From the human T2T-CHM13v2.0 reference genome, Homo sapiens, in the NCBI RefSeq assembly GCF_009914755.1, contig NC_060933.1: DNA of 64,000 nucleotides. One strand, 5' to 3'. How positions within the stretch are numbered: the first letter of the stretch is position 1; every line of letters starts with the position of its first letter. Both the position numbers and the translations under genes were made by a program. The notes under the pieces were generated by a model. It had not been told where the DNA came from. It saw nothing but the letters and a program-made list of their open reading frames with translations, and did no database searches. Below, one piece after another: positions 12,430 to 28,300 of the stretch.

Positions 12430-14140
12430 TTCCATTCCATTCCATTCCATTCCTTTCCATTCCATTACGGATGATTTCATTCCATTGCATTCCATTCCAT
12501 TCCATTCCCCTGTACTCTGGTTGATTCCATTCCATTCCATTCCAATCCATGCCATTCCACTCGTGTTGATTCCATTCTTTCCATTCCATTCAAGTTGAAT
12601 CCATTCCATTGCATTCCATTCCATTCGATTCCATTCGATTGCACTCGGGTTGATTCCATTCCATTGCATTCCATTCCATTCCATTTCATTCCGTTCCATT
12701 CCATTCCATTACATTCGGATTGATTCTATTCAACTCCCTTACTGTCCATTAGATTCCATTCCATTCGAGTTGTTCCATTCCATTCCATTCCATTCCACAC
12801 GATTCCATTTCACTCGGGTTGATTCCATTCCATTCCATTCCATTCCATTCCATTCCATTCCATTCCGGAAGATTGCATTCTATTGCATTCCATTCCATTC
12901 CATTCCCCTGCACTCGCGTTGATTCCATTCCATTACATTCTATTCCATTCCATTCCCTTCCTTTCCGTTCCATTCCATTCCATTCCATTCCATTCCGTTC
13001 TGTTCCGTTCCATTCCATTCCATTCAATTCCATTCCATTCCGTTCCATTCCATTCCATTCCATTCTATTCGGGTTAATTCCATTCCATTCCATTCGATTG
13101 CAATCAAGTTGATTCCATTCCATTCCATTCCATTCCATTCCATTCCATTCCATTCCTTTCCATTCCATTACGGATGATTCCATTCCATTGCATTCCATTC
13201 CATTCCATTCCCCTGTACTCGGGTTGATTCCATTCCATTCCATTCCAATCCATACCATTCCACTCGTGTTGATTCCCTTCTTTCCATTCCATTCAAGTTG
13301 AATCCATTCCATTGCATTCCATTCCATTCGAATCCATTCGATTGCACTCGGGTTGATTCCATTCCATTGCATTCCATTCCGTTCCATTTCATTCCGTTCC
13401 ATTCCATTCCATTACATTCGGATTGATTCTATTCAACTCCCTTACTCTCCATTACATTCCATTCCATTCGAGTTGTTCCATTCCATTCCATTCCATTCCA
13501 TTCCATTCCACTCCATTCCATTGCACTCGGGTTGATTCCATTCCATTCCATTCCATTCCATTCCATTCCATTCCATTCCGGAAGATTCCATTCCATTGAA
13601 TTCCATTCCATTCCATTCCCCTGCACTTGCGTTGATTCCATTCCATTCCATTCTATTCCATTCCATTCCCTTCTTTTCCGTTCCATTCCATTCCATTCCA
13701 TTCCATTCCGTTCCGTTCCGTTCCATTCCATTCCATTCCATTCCATTCCGTTCCGTTCCATTCCATTCCATTCCATTCTATACGGGTTAATTCCATTCCA
13801 TTCCATTCGATTGCAATCGAGTTGATTCCATTCCATTCCATTGCATTCCATTCCATTCCATTCCATTCCTTTCCATTCCATTACGGATGATTCCATTCCA
13901 TTGCAATCCATACCATTCCATTCCCCTATACTCAGGTTGATTCCATTCCATTCCATTCCAATCCATGCCATTCCACTCGTGTTGATTCCATTCTTTCCAT
14001 TCCATTCAAGTTGAATCCATTCCATTGCATTCCATTCCATTCGATTCCATTCGATTGCACTCGGGTTGATTCCATTCCATTGCATTCCATTCCATTCCAT
14101 TCCATTCCATTCCGTTCCATTCCATTTCATTACATTCAGA
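12430..14140 (+). repeat. Local ~0.7-kb tandem repeat (about 2.4 copies)
   Basis: Variants CCATTTCATTCCGTTCC and CATTCGAGTTGTTCC recur at ~12681/13384 and ~12762/13465. ORF-track paralogues 12650/13353 and 12819/13532 give offsets of 703-713. Confidence 0.75.
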
Positions 14141-17100
14141 TTGACTCTATTCAATTCCCTTACACTCCATTATATTCCAATCCATTCTGGTTGTCTCCAT
14201 TCCATTCCATTCCATTTCATTCCATTCCATTACAATCGAGTTGATTCCATTCCATTCCATTCCATTCCATTCCATTCCATTCCAGTCCTTTCCATTCCAT
14301 TCCACTTGGGTTGATTCCATTCTATTAGTTTCCCTTCCATTCCATTCCCTTCCATTCCACTCTGGTTGATTCCATTCCTTTCCATTCCACTCGAATACAT
14401 TCCCTCCTATTCCACTCGGAGCGATTCCATTCCATTCCATTCCACTCCATTCCATTGCACTCGGGTTGATTCCATTCCATTCCATTCCATTCCATTCCAT
14501 TCCATTCCCTTCCGGATGATTCCATTCCATTGCATTCCGTTCCATTACATTCCCCTGCACTCGCGTTGATTCCATTTCATTCCATTCCTTTCCATTCAAT
14601 TCCATTCCATTACAATTCGTTCCATTCCATTCTATTCCGTACCATTCCATTCCCTTCCATACCATTCCATTCGATTCCATTCCATTCCATTCCGTTCCAT
14701 TCCGTTCCATTCCATTCCATTCTTTTCTATTCGGATTAATTCCATTCCATTCCATTCCATTCCATTGTATTCCATTCCATTGCAATCGAGTTGAATCCAT
14801 TGCATTTCATTCAATCCATTCCATTCCATTCCATTCCGGAAGATTCCATTCCATTGCATTCCATTCCATTCCATTCACCTGCACTCGCGTTGATTGCATT
14901 CCATTCCATTCCATTCCATTCCATCCGTTCCGTTCCATTCCATTCCATTCCATTCCATTCCATTCCGTTCCGTTCCATTCCATTCCATTCCATTCTATTC
15001 GGGTTAATTCCATTCCATTCCATTCGATTGCAATCGAGTTGATTCCATTCCATTCCACTCCTTTCCATTCCAATACGGATGATTCCATTCCATTGCATTC
15101 CATTCCATTCCATTCCCCTGTACTCGGGTTGATTCCATTCCATTCCATTCCAATCCATGCCATTCCACTCGTGTTGATTCCATTCTTTCCATTCCATTCA
15201 AATTGAATCCATTCCATTGCATTCCATTCCATTCGATTCCATTCGATTGCACTCGGGTTGATTCCATTCCATTGCATTCCATTCCATTCCATTCCATTCC
15301 ATTCCGTTCCATTCCATTCCATTACATTCGGATTGATTCTATTCAATTCCCTTACACTCCATTACTTTCCATTCCATTCGGGTAGTTTCCATTCCATTCC
15401 ATTCCATTCCTCTCCATTCCATTGCACTCGGGTTGATTCGATTCCATTGCATTTCATTCCATTCCATTCCATTCCATTCCGTTCCATTGCATTCGATTAC
15501 ATTCGGATTGATTCTATTCAACTCCCTTACTCTCCATTACATTCAATTCCATTCGGGTTGTTTCTTTCCATTCCATTCCATTCCACTCCATTCCATTGCC
15601 CTCGGGTTGATTCCATTCCATTCCATTCCATTCCATTCCGGAAGATTCCATTCCATTGCATTCCATTCCATTCCATTCCCCTGCACTCGCGTTGATTCCA
15701 TTCCATTCCATTATATTCCATTCCATTCCCTTCCTTTCCGTTCCATTCCATTCCATTCCATTCCATTCCATTCCGTTCCGTTCCATTCCATTCCATTCCA
15801 TTCTATTCGGGTTAATTCCATTCCATTCCATTCGATTGCAATCGAGTTGATTCCATTCCATTCCATTCCATTCCATTCCATTCCATTCCATTCCTTTCCA
15901 TTCCATTACGGATGATTCCATTCCATTGCATTCCATTCCATTCCATTACCCTGTACTCGGGTTGATTCCATTCCATTCCATTCCAATTCATGCCATTCCA
16001 CTCGTGTTGATTCCATTCTTTCCATTCCATTCAAGTTGAATCCATTCCATTGCATTCCATTCCATTCGATTCCATTCGATTGCACTCGGGTTGATTCCAT
16101 TCCATTGCATTCCATTCCATTCCATTCCATTCCATTCCATTCCATTCCGTTCCATTCCATTCCATTACATTCGGATTGATTCTATTCAATTCCCTTACAC
16201 TCCATTACATTCCATTCCATTCGGGTAGTTTCCATTCCATTCCATTCCATTCCTCTCTATTCCATTGAACTCGGGTTGATTCCATTCCATTGCATTCCAT
16301 TCCATTCCATTCAATTCCATTCCGTTCCATTCCATTCCATTACATTCGTATTTATTCTATTCAACTCCCTTACTCTCCATTACATTCCATTCCATTCGGG
16401 TTTTTCCATTCCATTCCATTCCATTCCACTCCATTCCATTGCACTCGGGTTTATTCCATTCCATTCCATTCCATTCCGGAAGATTCCATTCCATTGCATT
16501 CCATTCCATTCCATTCCCCTGCATTCGCGTTGATTCCATTCCATTCCATTCTATTCCATTCCATTCCCTTCTTTTCCGTTCCATTCCATTCCATTCCATT
16601 CCATTCCGTTCCGTTCCGTTCCATTCCATTCCATTCCATTCCTTTCCGTTCCATTCCATTCCATTCCATTCCATTCCAATCCATTCCATTCCGTTCCATT
16701 CCATTGCATTCCATTCTATTCGGGTTAATTCCATTCCATTCCATTCGATTGCAATCGAGTTGATTCCATTCCATTCCATTCCATTCCATTCCATTCCATT
16801 CCATTCCATTCCTTTCCATTCCATTACGGATGATTCCATTCCATTGCATTCCATTCCATTCCATTCCCCTGTACTCGTGTTGATTCCATTCCATTCCATT
16901 CCAATCCATGCCATTCCACTCGTGTTGATTCCATTCTTTCCATTCCATTCAAGTTGAATCCATTCCATTGCATTCCATTCCATTCGATTCCATTCGATTG
17001 CACTCGGGTTGATTCCATTCCATTGCATTCCATTCCATTCCATTCCATTCCATTACGTTCCATTCCATTCCATTACATTCGGATTGATTCTATTCAATTC

Positions 17101-20100
17101 CCTTACACTCCATTACATTCCATTCCATTCGGGTAGTTTCCATTCCATTCCATTCCATTCCTCTCCATTCCATTGCACTCGGGTTGATTCGATTCCATTG
17201 CATTCCATTCCATTCCATTCCATTCCATTCCATTCCGTTCCATTCCATTCGATTACATTCGGATTGATTCTATTCAACTCCCTTACTCTCCATTACATTC
17301 CATTCCATTCGGGTTGTTCCATTCCATTCCATTCCATTCCACTCCATTCCATTGCACTCGGGTTGATTCCATTCAATTCCATTCCATTCCATTGCATTCC
17401 ATTCCATTCGATTCCATTCGATTGCATTCGGGTTGATTCCATTCCATTGCATTCCATTCCATTCCGTTCCATTCCATTCCATTCCATTCTATTCCGTTCC
17501 ATTCCATTCCATTACATTCGGATTCATTCTATTCAATTCCCTTACACTCCATTACATTCCATTCCATTCGGGTAGTTTCCATTCCATTCCATTCCATTCC
17601 TCTCTATTCCATTGAACTCGGGTTGATTCCATTCCATTGCATTCCATTCCATTCCATTCAATTCCATTCCGTTCCATTCCATTCCATTACATTCGGATTT
17701 ATTCTATTCAACTCCCTTACTCTCCATTACATTCCATTCCATTCGGGTTTTTCCATTCCATTCCATTCCATTCCACTCCATTCCATTGCACTCGGGTTTA
17801 TTCCATTCCATTCCATTCTATTCCGGAAGATTCCATTCCATTGCATTCCATTCCATTCCATTCCCCTGCACTCGCGTTGATTCCATTCCATTCCATTCCA
17901 TTCCATTCCATTGCATTCCATTCCATTCCTTTCCGTTCCATTCCATTCCATTCCATTCCATTCCAATCCATTCCATTCCGTTCCATTCCATTGCATTCCA
18001 TTCTATTCGGGTTAATTCCATTCCATTCCATTCGATTGCAATCGAGTTGATTCCATTCCATTCCATTCCATTCCATTCCATTCCATTCCTTTCCATTCCA
18101 TTACGGATGATTCCATTCCATTGCATTCCATTCCATTCCATTCCCCTGTACTCGGGTTGACTCCATTCCATTCCATTACAATCCATGCCATTCCACTCGT
18201 GTTGATTCCATTCTTTCCATTCCATTCAAGTTGAATCCATTCCATTGCATTCCATTCCATTCCAGTCCCCTGCAGTCGGGTTGTTTCCATTCCATTCCAT
18301 TCCATTCCATTCCATTCCATTCCATTCCATTCCGTTCCGTTCCATTCCATTCCATTCTATTCTATTCGGGTTAATTCCATTCCATTCCATTCCATTCCGT
18401 TCCGTTCCATTCCATTCCATTCTATTCTATTCGGGTTAATTCCATTCCATTCCATTCTATTCCATTCCATTCCATTCCATTCCAATCGAGTTGATTCCAT
18501 TCCTTTCCATTCCATTCCATTCCACTCCATTCCAGTCCTTTCCATTCCATTCCACTCGGGTTGATTCCAATGTATTCCTTTCCATTCCATTCAATTCCAT
18601 TGCAATCCACTTGATTCCATTGCTTTGCATTCCATTCCATTCCATTCCATTCCGGATGATTCCATTCCATTGCATTCCATTCCATTCCATTCCCCTGCAC
18701 TCGGGTTGATTCAATTCCATTCCACTCCATTCCGTTCCATTCCATTCCATTGCATTGTATTCGGGTTAATTCCATTCCATTCCATTCCAGTCCTTTCCAT
18801 TCCATTCCACTCGGGTTGATTCCATTCTATTAGTTTCCATTCCATTCCATTCCCTTCCATTCCACTCTGGTTGATTCCATTCCTTTCCATTCCACTCGAA
18901 TACATTCCCTCCTATTCCACTCGGAACGATTCCATTCCATTCCATTCCATTCCATTCCATTCCATTCCATTCCATTTCGTTCCACTCCATTCTATTCCGT
19001 ATCATTCCATTCCATTCCATTGCATTCCATTCCATTCCATTCCATTCCATTGTACTCGGGTTGATTCAATTCCATTGCATTCCATTCCATTCCATTCCAT
19101 TCCATTCCGTTGCTTTCCATTCCATTGCATTCGGATTGATTCTATTCAACTCCCTTACTCTCCATTACATTCCATTCCATTCGGGTTGTTCCATTCCATT
19201 CCATTGCATTCCACTCCATTCCATTGCACTCGGGTTGATTCCATTCCATTCCATTCCATTCCATTCCATTCCGGATGATTCCATTCCATTGCATTCCGTT
19301 CCATTACATTCCCCTGCACTCGCGTTGATTCCATTCCATTCCATTCAATTCCATTCCATTACAATTCGTTCCATTCCATTCTATTCCGTACCATTCCATT
19401 CCATTCCATACCATTCCATTCCATTCCATTCCACTCCGTTCCGTTCCTTTCCGTTCCGTTCCGTTCCATTCCATTCCATTCCATTCTATTCGGATTAATT
19501 CCATTCCATTCCATTCCATTCCATTCTATTCCATTCCATTGCAATCGAGTTGAATCCATTGCATTTCATTCCATTCCATTCCATTGTGGAAGATTCCATT
19601 CCATTGCATTCCATTCCATTCCATTCCCCTGCACTCGCGTTGATTCCATTCCATTCCATTCCATTCCATTCCATTCCATTCCATTCCGTTCCGTTCCGTT
19701 CCGTTCCATTCCATTCCATTCCATTCCGTTCCGTTCCATTCCATTCCATTCCATTCTATTCGGGTTAATTCCATTCCATTCCATTCGAATGCAATCGAGT
19801 TGATTCCATTCCATTCCATTCCATTCCATTCCATTCCATTCCATTCCTTTCCATTCCATTACGGATGATTCCATTCCATTGCATTCCATTCCATTCCATT
19901 CCCCTGTACTCGGGTTGATTCCATTCCATTCCATTCCAATCCATGCCATTCCACTCGTGTTGATTCCATTCTTTCCATTCCATTCAAGTTGAATCCATTC
20001 CATTGCATTCCATTCCATTCGATTTTATTCGATTGCACTCGGGTTGATTCCATTCCATTGCATTCCATTCCATTCCATACCATTCCGTTCCATTCTATTC

Positions 20101-23100
20101 CATTACATTCGGATTGATTCTATTCAACTCCCTTACTCTCCATTACATTCCATTCCATTCGAGTTGTTGCATTCCATTCCATTCCATTCCACTCCATTCC
20201 ATTGCACTCGGGTTGATTCCATTCCATTCCATTCCATACCATTCCATTCCATTCCATTCCGGAAGATTCCATTCCATTGCATTCCATTCCATTCCATTCC
20301 CCTGCACTCGCGTTGATTCCATTCCATTCCATTCTGTTCCATTCCATTCCCTTCCTTTCCGTTCCATTCCATTCCATTCCATTCCATTCCATTCCGTTCC
20401 GTTCCATTCCATTCCATTCCATTCCGTTCCGTTCCATTCCCTTCCATTCCATTCTATTCGGGTTAATTCCATTCCATTCCATTCTATTGCAATCGAGTTG
20501 ATTCCATTCCATTCCATTCCATTCCATTCCATTCCATTGCACTCGGGTTGATTCCATTCCATTCCATTCCATTCCGGAAGATTCCATTCCATTACATTCC
20601 ATTACATTCTATTACCCTGCACTCGCGTTGATTCCATTCCATTCCATTCCATTCCATTCCATTCCATTCCATTCCATTCCATTCCTTTCCGTTCCGTTCC
20701 ATTCCATTCCATTCCATTCCGTTCCGTTCCGTTCCATTCCATTCCATTCCATTCTATTCGGGTTAATTCCATTCCATTCCATTCGATTGCAATCGAGTTG
20801 ATTCCATTCCATTCCATTCCATTCCATTCCATTCCATTCCATTCCTTTCCTTTCCATTACGGATGATTCCATTCCATTGCATTCCATTTCATTCCATTCC
20901 CCTGTACTCGGGTTGATTCCATTCCATTCCATTCCAATCCATGCCATTCCACTCGTGTTGATTCCATTCTTTCCATTCCATTCAAGTTGAATCCATTCCA
21001 TTGCATTCCATTCCATTCGATTCCATTCGATTGCACTCAGGTTGATTCCATTCCATTGCATTCCATTCCATCCCATTTCATTCCATTCCACTCCTTTCCA
21101 TTCCATTCCATTCCATTCCATTCGATTGCAATCGAGATGATTCCATTCCATTCCTTTCCATTCCATTCCATTGCCTTGCATTCCACTCGGGTTGATTCCA
21201 TTCCCTTCTTTCCACTCCATTACATTCCCTTCCATTCCACTTGGAATGATTGATTCCATTCCATTCCATTCCATTTCATTCCATTGCAATCCATTCCAAT
21301 CCATTCCATTATATTCCATTCCACTCGAGTTGATTTCATTCCATTCCTTTCCATTCCATTCCATTCCTTTCCACTCGAGTTGATTCCATTCCATTCCATT
21401 CCTTTGCATTCCATTCCATGCCATTCCACTCGGGTGGATTCCATTCCATTCCATTCCATTCCATTCCATTGCATTCCATTCCATTCCTTTCCCCTGCACT
21501 CGGGTTGATTCCATTCCTTTCCATTCCATTTAATTCCATTCCATTCCATTCCATTCCATTCCATTCCTTTCCATTCCAATCCGTTCCATTCCATTCCATT
21601 CTATTCTACTGCAATCGACTTGATTCCATTCCATTCCATTCCATTCCATTCCATTTTGTTCCAATCCATTCTATTTCGAACTATTCCATTCCATTCCATT
21701 CCATTCCATTACATTCCATTCCATGCCATTCCACTCCGGTTGATTCCATTCCATTCCATTCCATTCGATTCCATTCCATTCCATTCCATTCCGTTCCATT
21801 CCATTTCATTACATTCAGATTGATTCTATTCAATTCCCTAACACTTCATTATATTCCCATCCATTCTGGTTGTTTCCATTCCATTCCATTCCATTTCACT
21901 CCATTCCATTGCACTTGGTTTGATTCCATTCCATTCCATTCCATTCCATTCCGGATGATTCCATTCCATTGCATTCCATTCCATTCCATTCCCCTGCACT
22001 CAGGTTGATTCCATTCCATTCCATTCCACTCCATTCGGTTCCGTTCCATTCCATTCTATTGCATTCCATTCTATTCGGGTTAATTCCATTCCATTATATT
22101 CCATTCCATTCCATTCCATTCCATTGCAATGGAGTTGATTCCATTCCATTTCATTCCATTCCATTCCGAATTATTCCATTCCATTGCATTCCATTCCATT
22201 CCATTCCCCTGCACTCGTGTTGATTCCATTACCTTCTATTCCATTCCATTCCGTTCCATTCCAATGCATTCCATTCTATTCCGGTTAATTCCATTCCATT
22301 CCATTCCATTCCATTCCATTCCATTCCATTCCATTGCAATCGAGTTGATTCCATTCCATTCCTTTCCATTCCATTCCATTGCCTTGCATTCCAATCGGGT
22401 TGATTCCATTCCCTTCTTTCCACTCGTTTACATTCCCTTCCATTCCACTCGGAATGATTGATTCCATTCCATTCCATTCCATTTCATTCCATTGCAATCC
22501 ATTCCAATCCATTCCATTCCATTCCACTCGAGTTGATTTCATTCCATTCCTTTCCATTCCATTCCATTCCTTTCTACTCGTGTTGATACCATTCCATTCC
22601 ATTCCATTGCATTCCATTCCATGCCATTCCACTCGGGTTGATTCCTTTCCTTTGCATTCCATTCCATTCCATTCCATTCCATTCCATATCATTCCGTTGC
22701 ATTCCATTCCATTACATTCCGATTGATTCTATTCAACTCCCTTACTCTCCATTACATTCCATTCCATTCGGGTTGTTCCATTCAATTCCATTCCATTCCG
22801 GATGATTCCATTCCATTGCATTCCGTTCCATTACATTCCCCTGCGCTCACGTTGATTCCATTCCATTCCATTCCATTCCATTCAATTCCATTCCATTACA
22901 ATTCGTTCCATTCCATTCTATTCCGTACCATTCCTTTCCATTCCATACCATTAGATTCCGTTCCATTCCATTCCATTGCATTCCATTCCATTCCGTTCCA
23001 TTCCGTTCCATTCCATTCCATTCCATTCTATTCAGGTTAATCCCATTCCATTCCATTCCATTCTATTCGGATTAGTTCCATTCCATTCCATTCCATTCCG

Positions 23101-25399
23101 TTCTATTCCATTCCATTGCAATCGAGTTGAATCCATTGCATTTCATTCCATTCCATTCCATTCCATTCCATTCCATTCCGGAAGTTTCCATTCCATTGCA
23201 TTCCATTCCATTCCATTCAATTCCATTCCGTTCCATTCCATTCCATTACATTTGGATTGATTCTATTCAACTCCCTTAGTCTCCATTACATTCCATTCCA
23301 TTCGGGTTGTTCCATTCCATTCCATTCCATTCCACGCCATTCCATTGCACTCGGGTTTATTCCATACCATTCCATTCCATTCCATTCAATTCCATTCCAT
23401 TCCGGAAGATTCCATTCCATTTCATTCTATTCCATTCCATTCCCCTGCACTCGCGTTGATTCCATTCCATTCCATTCCATTGCATTCCATTCCATTGCAC
23501 TCCATTCCAGTCCTTTCCATTCCATTCCACTTGGGTTGATTCCAATGTATTCCTTTCCATTCCATTCCATTCCATTGCAATCGAGTTGATTCCATTGCTT
23601 TGCATTCCATTCCATTCCGGATGATTCCATTCCATTGCATTCCATTCCATTCCATTCCCCTGTACTCGGGTTGATTCCATTCCATTCCATTCCAATCCAT
23701 GCCATTCCACTCGTGTTGATTCCATTCTTTCCATTCCATTCAAGTTGAATCCATTCCATTGCATTCCATTCCATTCGATTCCATTCGATTGCACTCGGGT
23801 AGATTCCATTCCATTGCATTCCATTCCATTCCGTTCCGTTCCATTCCATTCCATTCCATTCTATTTGGGTTAATTCCATTCCATTCCATTCGATTGCAAT
23901 CGAGTTGATTCCATTCCATTCCATTCCATTCCATTCCATTCCATTCCATTCCTTTCCATTCCATTACGGATGATTCCATTCCATTGCATTCCATTCCATT
24001 CAATTCCCCTGTACTCGGGTTGATTCCATTCCATTCCATTCCAATCCATGCCATTCCACTCGTGTTGATTCCATTCTTTCCATTCCATTCAAGTTGAATC
24101 CATTCCATTGCATTGCATTCCATTCGATTCCATTCGATTGCACTCCGGTTGATTCCATTCCATTCCATTCCATTCCATTCCATTCCATTCCATTCCATTC
24201 CGTTCCATTCCATTCCATTACTTTCGGATTGATTCTATTCAATTCCCTTACACTCCATTACATTCCATTCCATTCGGGTAGTTTCCATTCCATTCCATTC
24301 CATTCCTCTCCATTCCATTGCACTCGGGTTGATTCCATTCCATTGCATTCCATTCCATTCCATTCAATTCCATTCCGTTCCATTCCATTCCATTACATTC
24401 GGAATGATTCTATTCAACTCCCTTACTCTCCATTACATTCCATTCCATTCGGGTTTTTCCATTCCATTCCATTCCATTCCACTCCATTCCATTGCACTCG
24501 GGTTGATTCCATTCCATTCCATTCCATTCCATTCCGGAAGATTCCATTCCATTGCATTCCATTACATTCCATTCCCCTGCACTCGCGTTGATTCCATTCC
24601 ATTCCATTCCTTTCCATTCCATTCCATTCCATTCCTTTCCGTTCCATTCCATTCCATTCCATTCCATTCCGTTCCGTTCCGTTCCATTCCATTCCATTCC
24701 ATTCTATTCGGGTTAATTCCATTCCATTCCATTCGATTGCAATCGAGTTGATTCCATTCCATTCCATTCCATTCCATTCCATTCCGTTCCGTTCCGTTCC
24801 ATTCCATACCATTCCATTCTATTCGGGTTAATTCCATTCCATTCCATTCCATTCCATTCCATTCCAATCGAGTTGATTCCATTCCATTCCATTCCATTCC
24901 ATTCCAGTCCATTCCAGTCCTTTCCATTCCTTTCCACTCGGGTTGATTCCAATGTATTCCTTTCCATTCCATTCCATTCCATTGCAATCGAGTTGATTCA
25001 ATTGCTTTGCATTCCATTCCATTCCATTCCATTCCGGATGATTCCATTCCATTGCATTCCATTCCATTCCATTCCCCTGCACTCGGGTTGATTCCATTCC
25101 ATTCCATTCCGTTCCGTTCCATTCCATTCCATTCCATTCTATTCGGGTTAATTCCATTCCATTCCATTCGATTGCAATCGTGTTGATTCCATTCCATTGC
25201 ATTCCATTCCATTCCATTCCCCTGTACTCGGGTTGATTCCATTCCATTGCATTCCAATCCATGCCCTTCCACTCGTGTTGATTCCATTCTTTCCATTCCA
25301 TTCAAGTTGAATCCATTCCATTGCATTCCATTCCATTCGATTCCATTCGATTGCACTCGGGTTGATTCCATTCCATTGCATTCCATTCCATTCCATTCC

Positions 25400-28300
25400 A
25401 TTCCATTACATTCGGATTGATTCTATTCAATTCCCTTACACTCCATTACATTCCATTCCATTCGGGTAGTTTCCATTCCATTCCATTCCATTCCTCTCCA
25501 TTCCATTGCACTCGGGTTGATTCCATTCCATTGCATTCCATTCCATTCCATTCAATTCCATTCCTTTCCATTCCATTCCATTCCGTTCCATTCCATTGCA
25601 TTACATTCGGATTGATTCTATTCAACTCCCTTACTCTCCATTAAATTCCATTCCATTCGGGCTGTTCCATTCCATTCCATTCCATTCCACTCCATTCCAT
25701 TGTACCCGGGTTTATTCCATTCCATTCCATTCCATTCCATTCCATTCCATTCCATTCCATTCCGGAAGATTCCATTCCATTGCATTCCATTCCATTCCAT
25801 TCCCCTGCACTCGCGTTGATTCCATTCCATTCCACTCCATTCCATTCCATTCCATTCCATTCCTTTCCGTTCCATTCCATTCCATTCTATTCCATTCCAT
25901 TCCATTCCATTCCGTTCCGTTCCGTTCCATTCAATTCCATTCCATTCTCTTCGGGTTAATACCATTCCATTCCATTCGATTGCAATCGAGGTGATTCCAT
26001 TCCATTCCATTCCATTCCATTCCATTCCATTCCATTCCGGATGATTCCATTCCATTGCATTCCATTCCATTCCATTCCACTGTACTCGGGTTCTTTCCAT
26101 TCCATTGCATTCCAATCCATGCCATTCCACTCGTGTTGATTCCATTCTTTCCATTCCATTCAAGTTGAATCCATTCCATTGCATTCCATTCCATTCCATT
26201 CCCCTGCAGTCGGGTTGATTCCATTCCATTCCATTCCATTCCATTCCATTCCATTCCATTCCGTTCCGTTCCGCTCCATTCCATTCCATTCCATTCTATT
26301 CGGGTTAATTCCATTCGATTCCATTCCATTCCATTCCATTCCATTCCATTCCATTCCATTCCATTCCGTTCCGTTCCGCTCCATTCCATTCCATTCCATT
26401 CTATTCGGGTTAATTCCATTCCATTCCATTCCATTCCATTCCATTCCAATCGAGTTGATTCCATTCCATTCCATTCCATTCCATTCCATTCCACTCCATT
26501 CCAGTCCTTTCCATTCCATTCCACTCGGGTTGATTCCAATGTATTCCTTTCCATTCCATTCCATTCCATTGCAATCGAGTTGATTCCATTGCTTTGCATT
26601 CCATTCCATTCCATTCCATTCCGGATGATTCCACTCCATTGCATTCCATTCCATTCCATTCCCCTGCACTCGGGTTGATTCCATTCCATTACACTCCATT
26701 CCGTTCCATTCCATTCCATTCCATTGTATTCGGGTTCATTCCATTCCATTCCATTCCATTCCATTCCATTACAATCGAGTTGATTCCATTCCATTCCATT
26801 CCATTCCAGTCCTTTCCATTCCATTCCACTCGGGTTGATTCCATTCTATTAGTTTCCATTCCATTCCATTCCCTTCCATTCCACTCTGGTTGATTCCATT
26901 CCTTTCCATTCTACTCGAATACATTCCCTCCTATTCCACTCGGAACGATTCCATTCCATTCCATTCCATTCCATTGCATTCCATTCCATTCCATTTCGTT
27001 CCATTCCATTCTATTCCGTATCATTCCATTCCATTCCATTCCATTCCATTCCATTCCACTCGTGTTGATTCCATTCCTTTCCATTCCATTCGGTTTGAAG
27101 GCATTCCATTCCATTCAATTCCATTCCATTCCATTCCATTCCATTCCATTCCATTCCATTGTACTCTAGTTGATTGCATTCCATTGCATTCCATTCCATT
27201 CCATTCCGTTGCATTCCATTCCATTACATTCGGATTGATTCTATTCAACTCAATTACATTCCATTAAATTCCATTCCATTCGGGTTGTTCCATTCCATTC
27301 CATTCCATTCCTCTCCATTCCATTGCACTCGGGTTGATTCCATTCCATTCCATTCCATTCCATTCCATTCCATTCCATTCCGGATGATTCCATTCCATTA
27401 CATTCCGTTCCATTACATTCCCCTGCACTCGCGTTGATTCCATTCCATTCCATTCAATTCCATTAAATTACAATTCGTTACATTCCATTCTATTCCGTAC
27501 CATTCCATTCCATTCCATACCATTCCATTCCATTCCATTCCATTCCATTCCGTTCCATTCCGTTCCATTGCATTCCATTCCATTCTATTCGGGTTCATTC
27601 TATTCCATTCCATTCCATTCCATTCTATTCCATTGCATTGCAATCGAGTTGAATCCATTGCATTTCATTCCATTCCATTCCATTCCATTCCATTCCATTC
27701 CGGAAGTTTCCATTCCATTGCATTCCATTCCATTCCATTCCCCTGCACTCGCGTTGATTCCATTCCATTCCATTCCATTCCATTCCATTCCGTTCCGTTC
27801 CATTCCATTCCTTTCCATTCCATTCCATTCCATTCCGTTCCTTTCCATTCCATTCCATTCCATTCTATTCGGGTTAATTCCATTCCATTCCATTCGATTG
27901 CAATCGAGTTGATTCCATTCCATTGCATTCCATTCCATTCGATTCCATTCGATTGCACTCGGGTTGATTCCATTCCATTGCATTCCATTCCATTCCATTC
28001 CATTCCATTCCATTCCATTCCATTCCGTTCCATTCCTTTCCATTACATTCGGATTGATTCTATTCAATTCCCTTACACTCCATTACATTCCATTCCATTC
28101 GGGTAGTTTCCACTCCATTCCATTCCATTTCTCTCCATTCCATTGCACTCGGGTTGATTCCATTCCATTGCATTCCACTCCATTCGGGTAGTTTCCACTC
28201 CATTCCATTCCATTCCTCTCCATTCCATTGCACTCGGGTTGATTCCACTCAATTGCATTCCATTCCATTCCATTCAATTCCATTCCGTTCCATTCCATTC

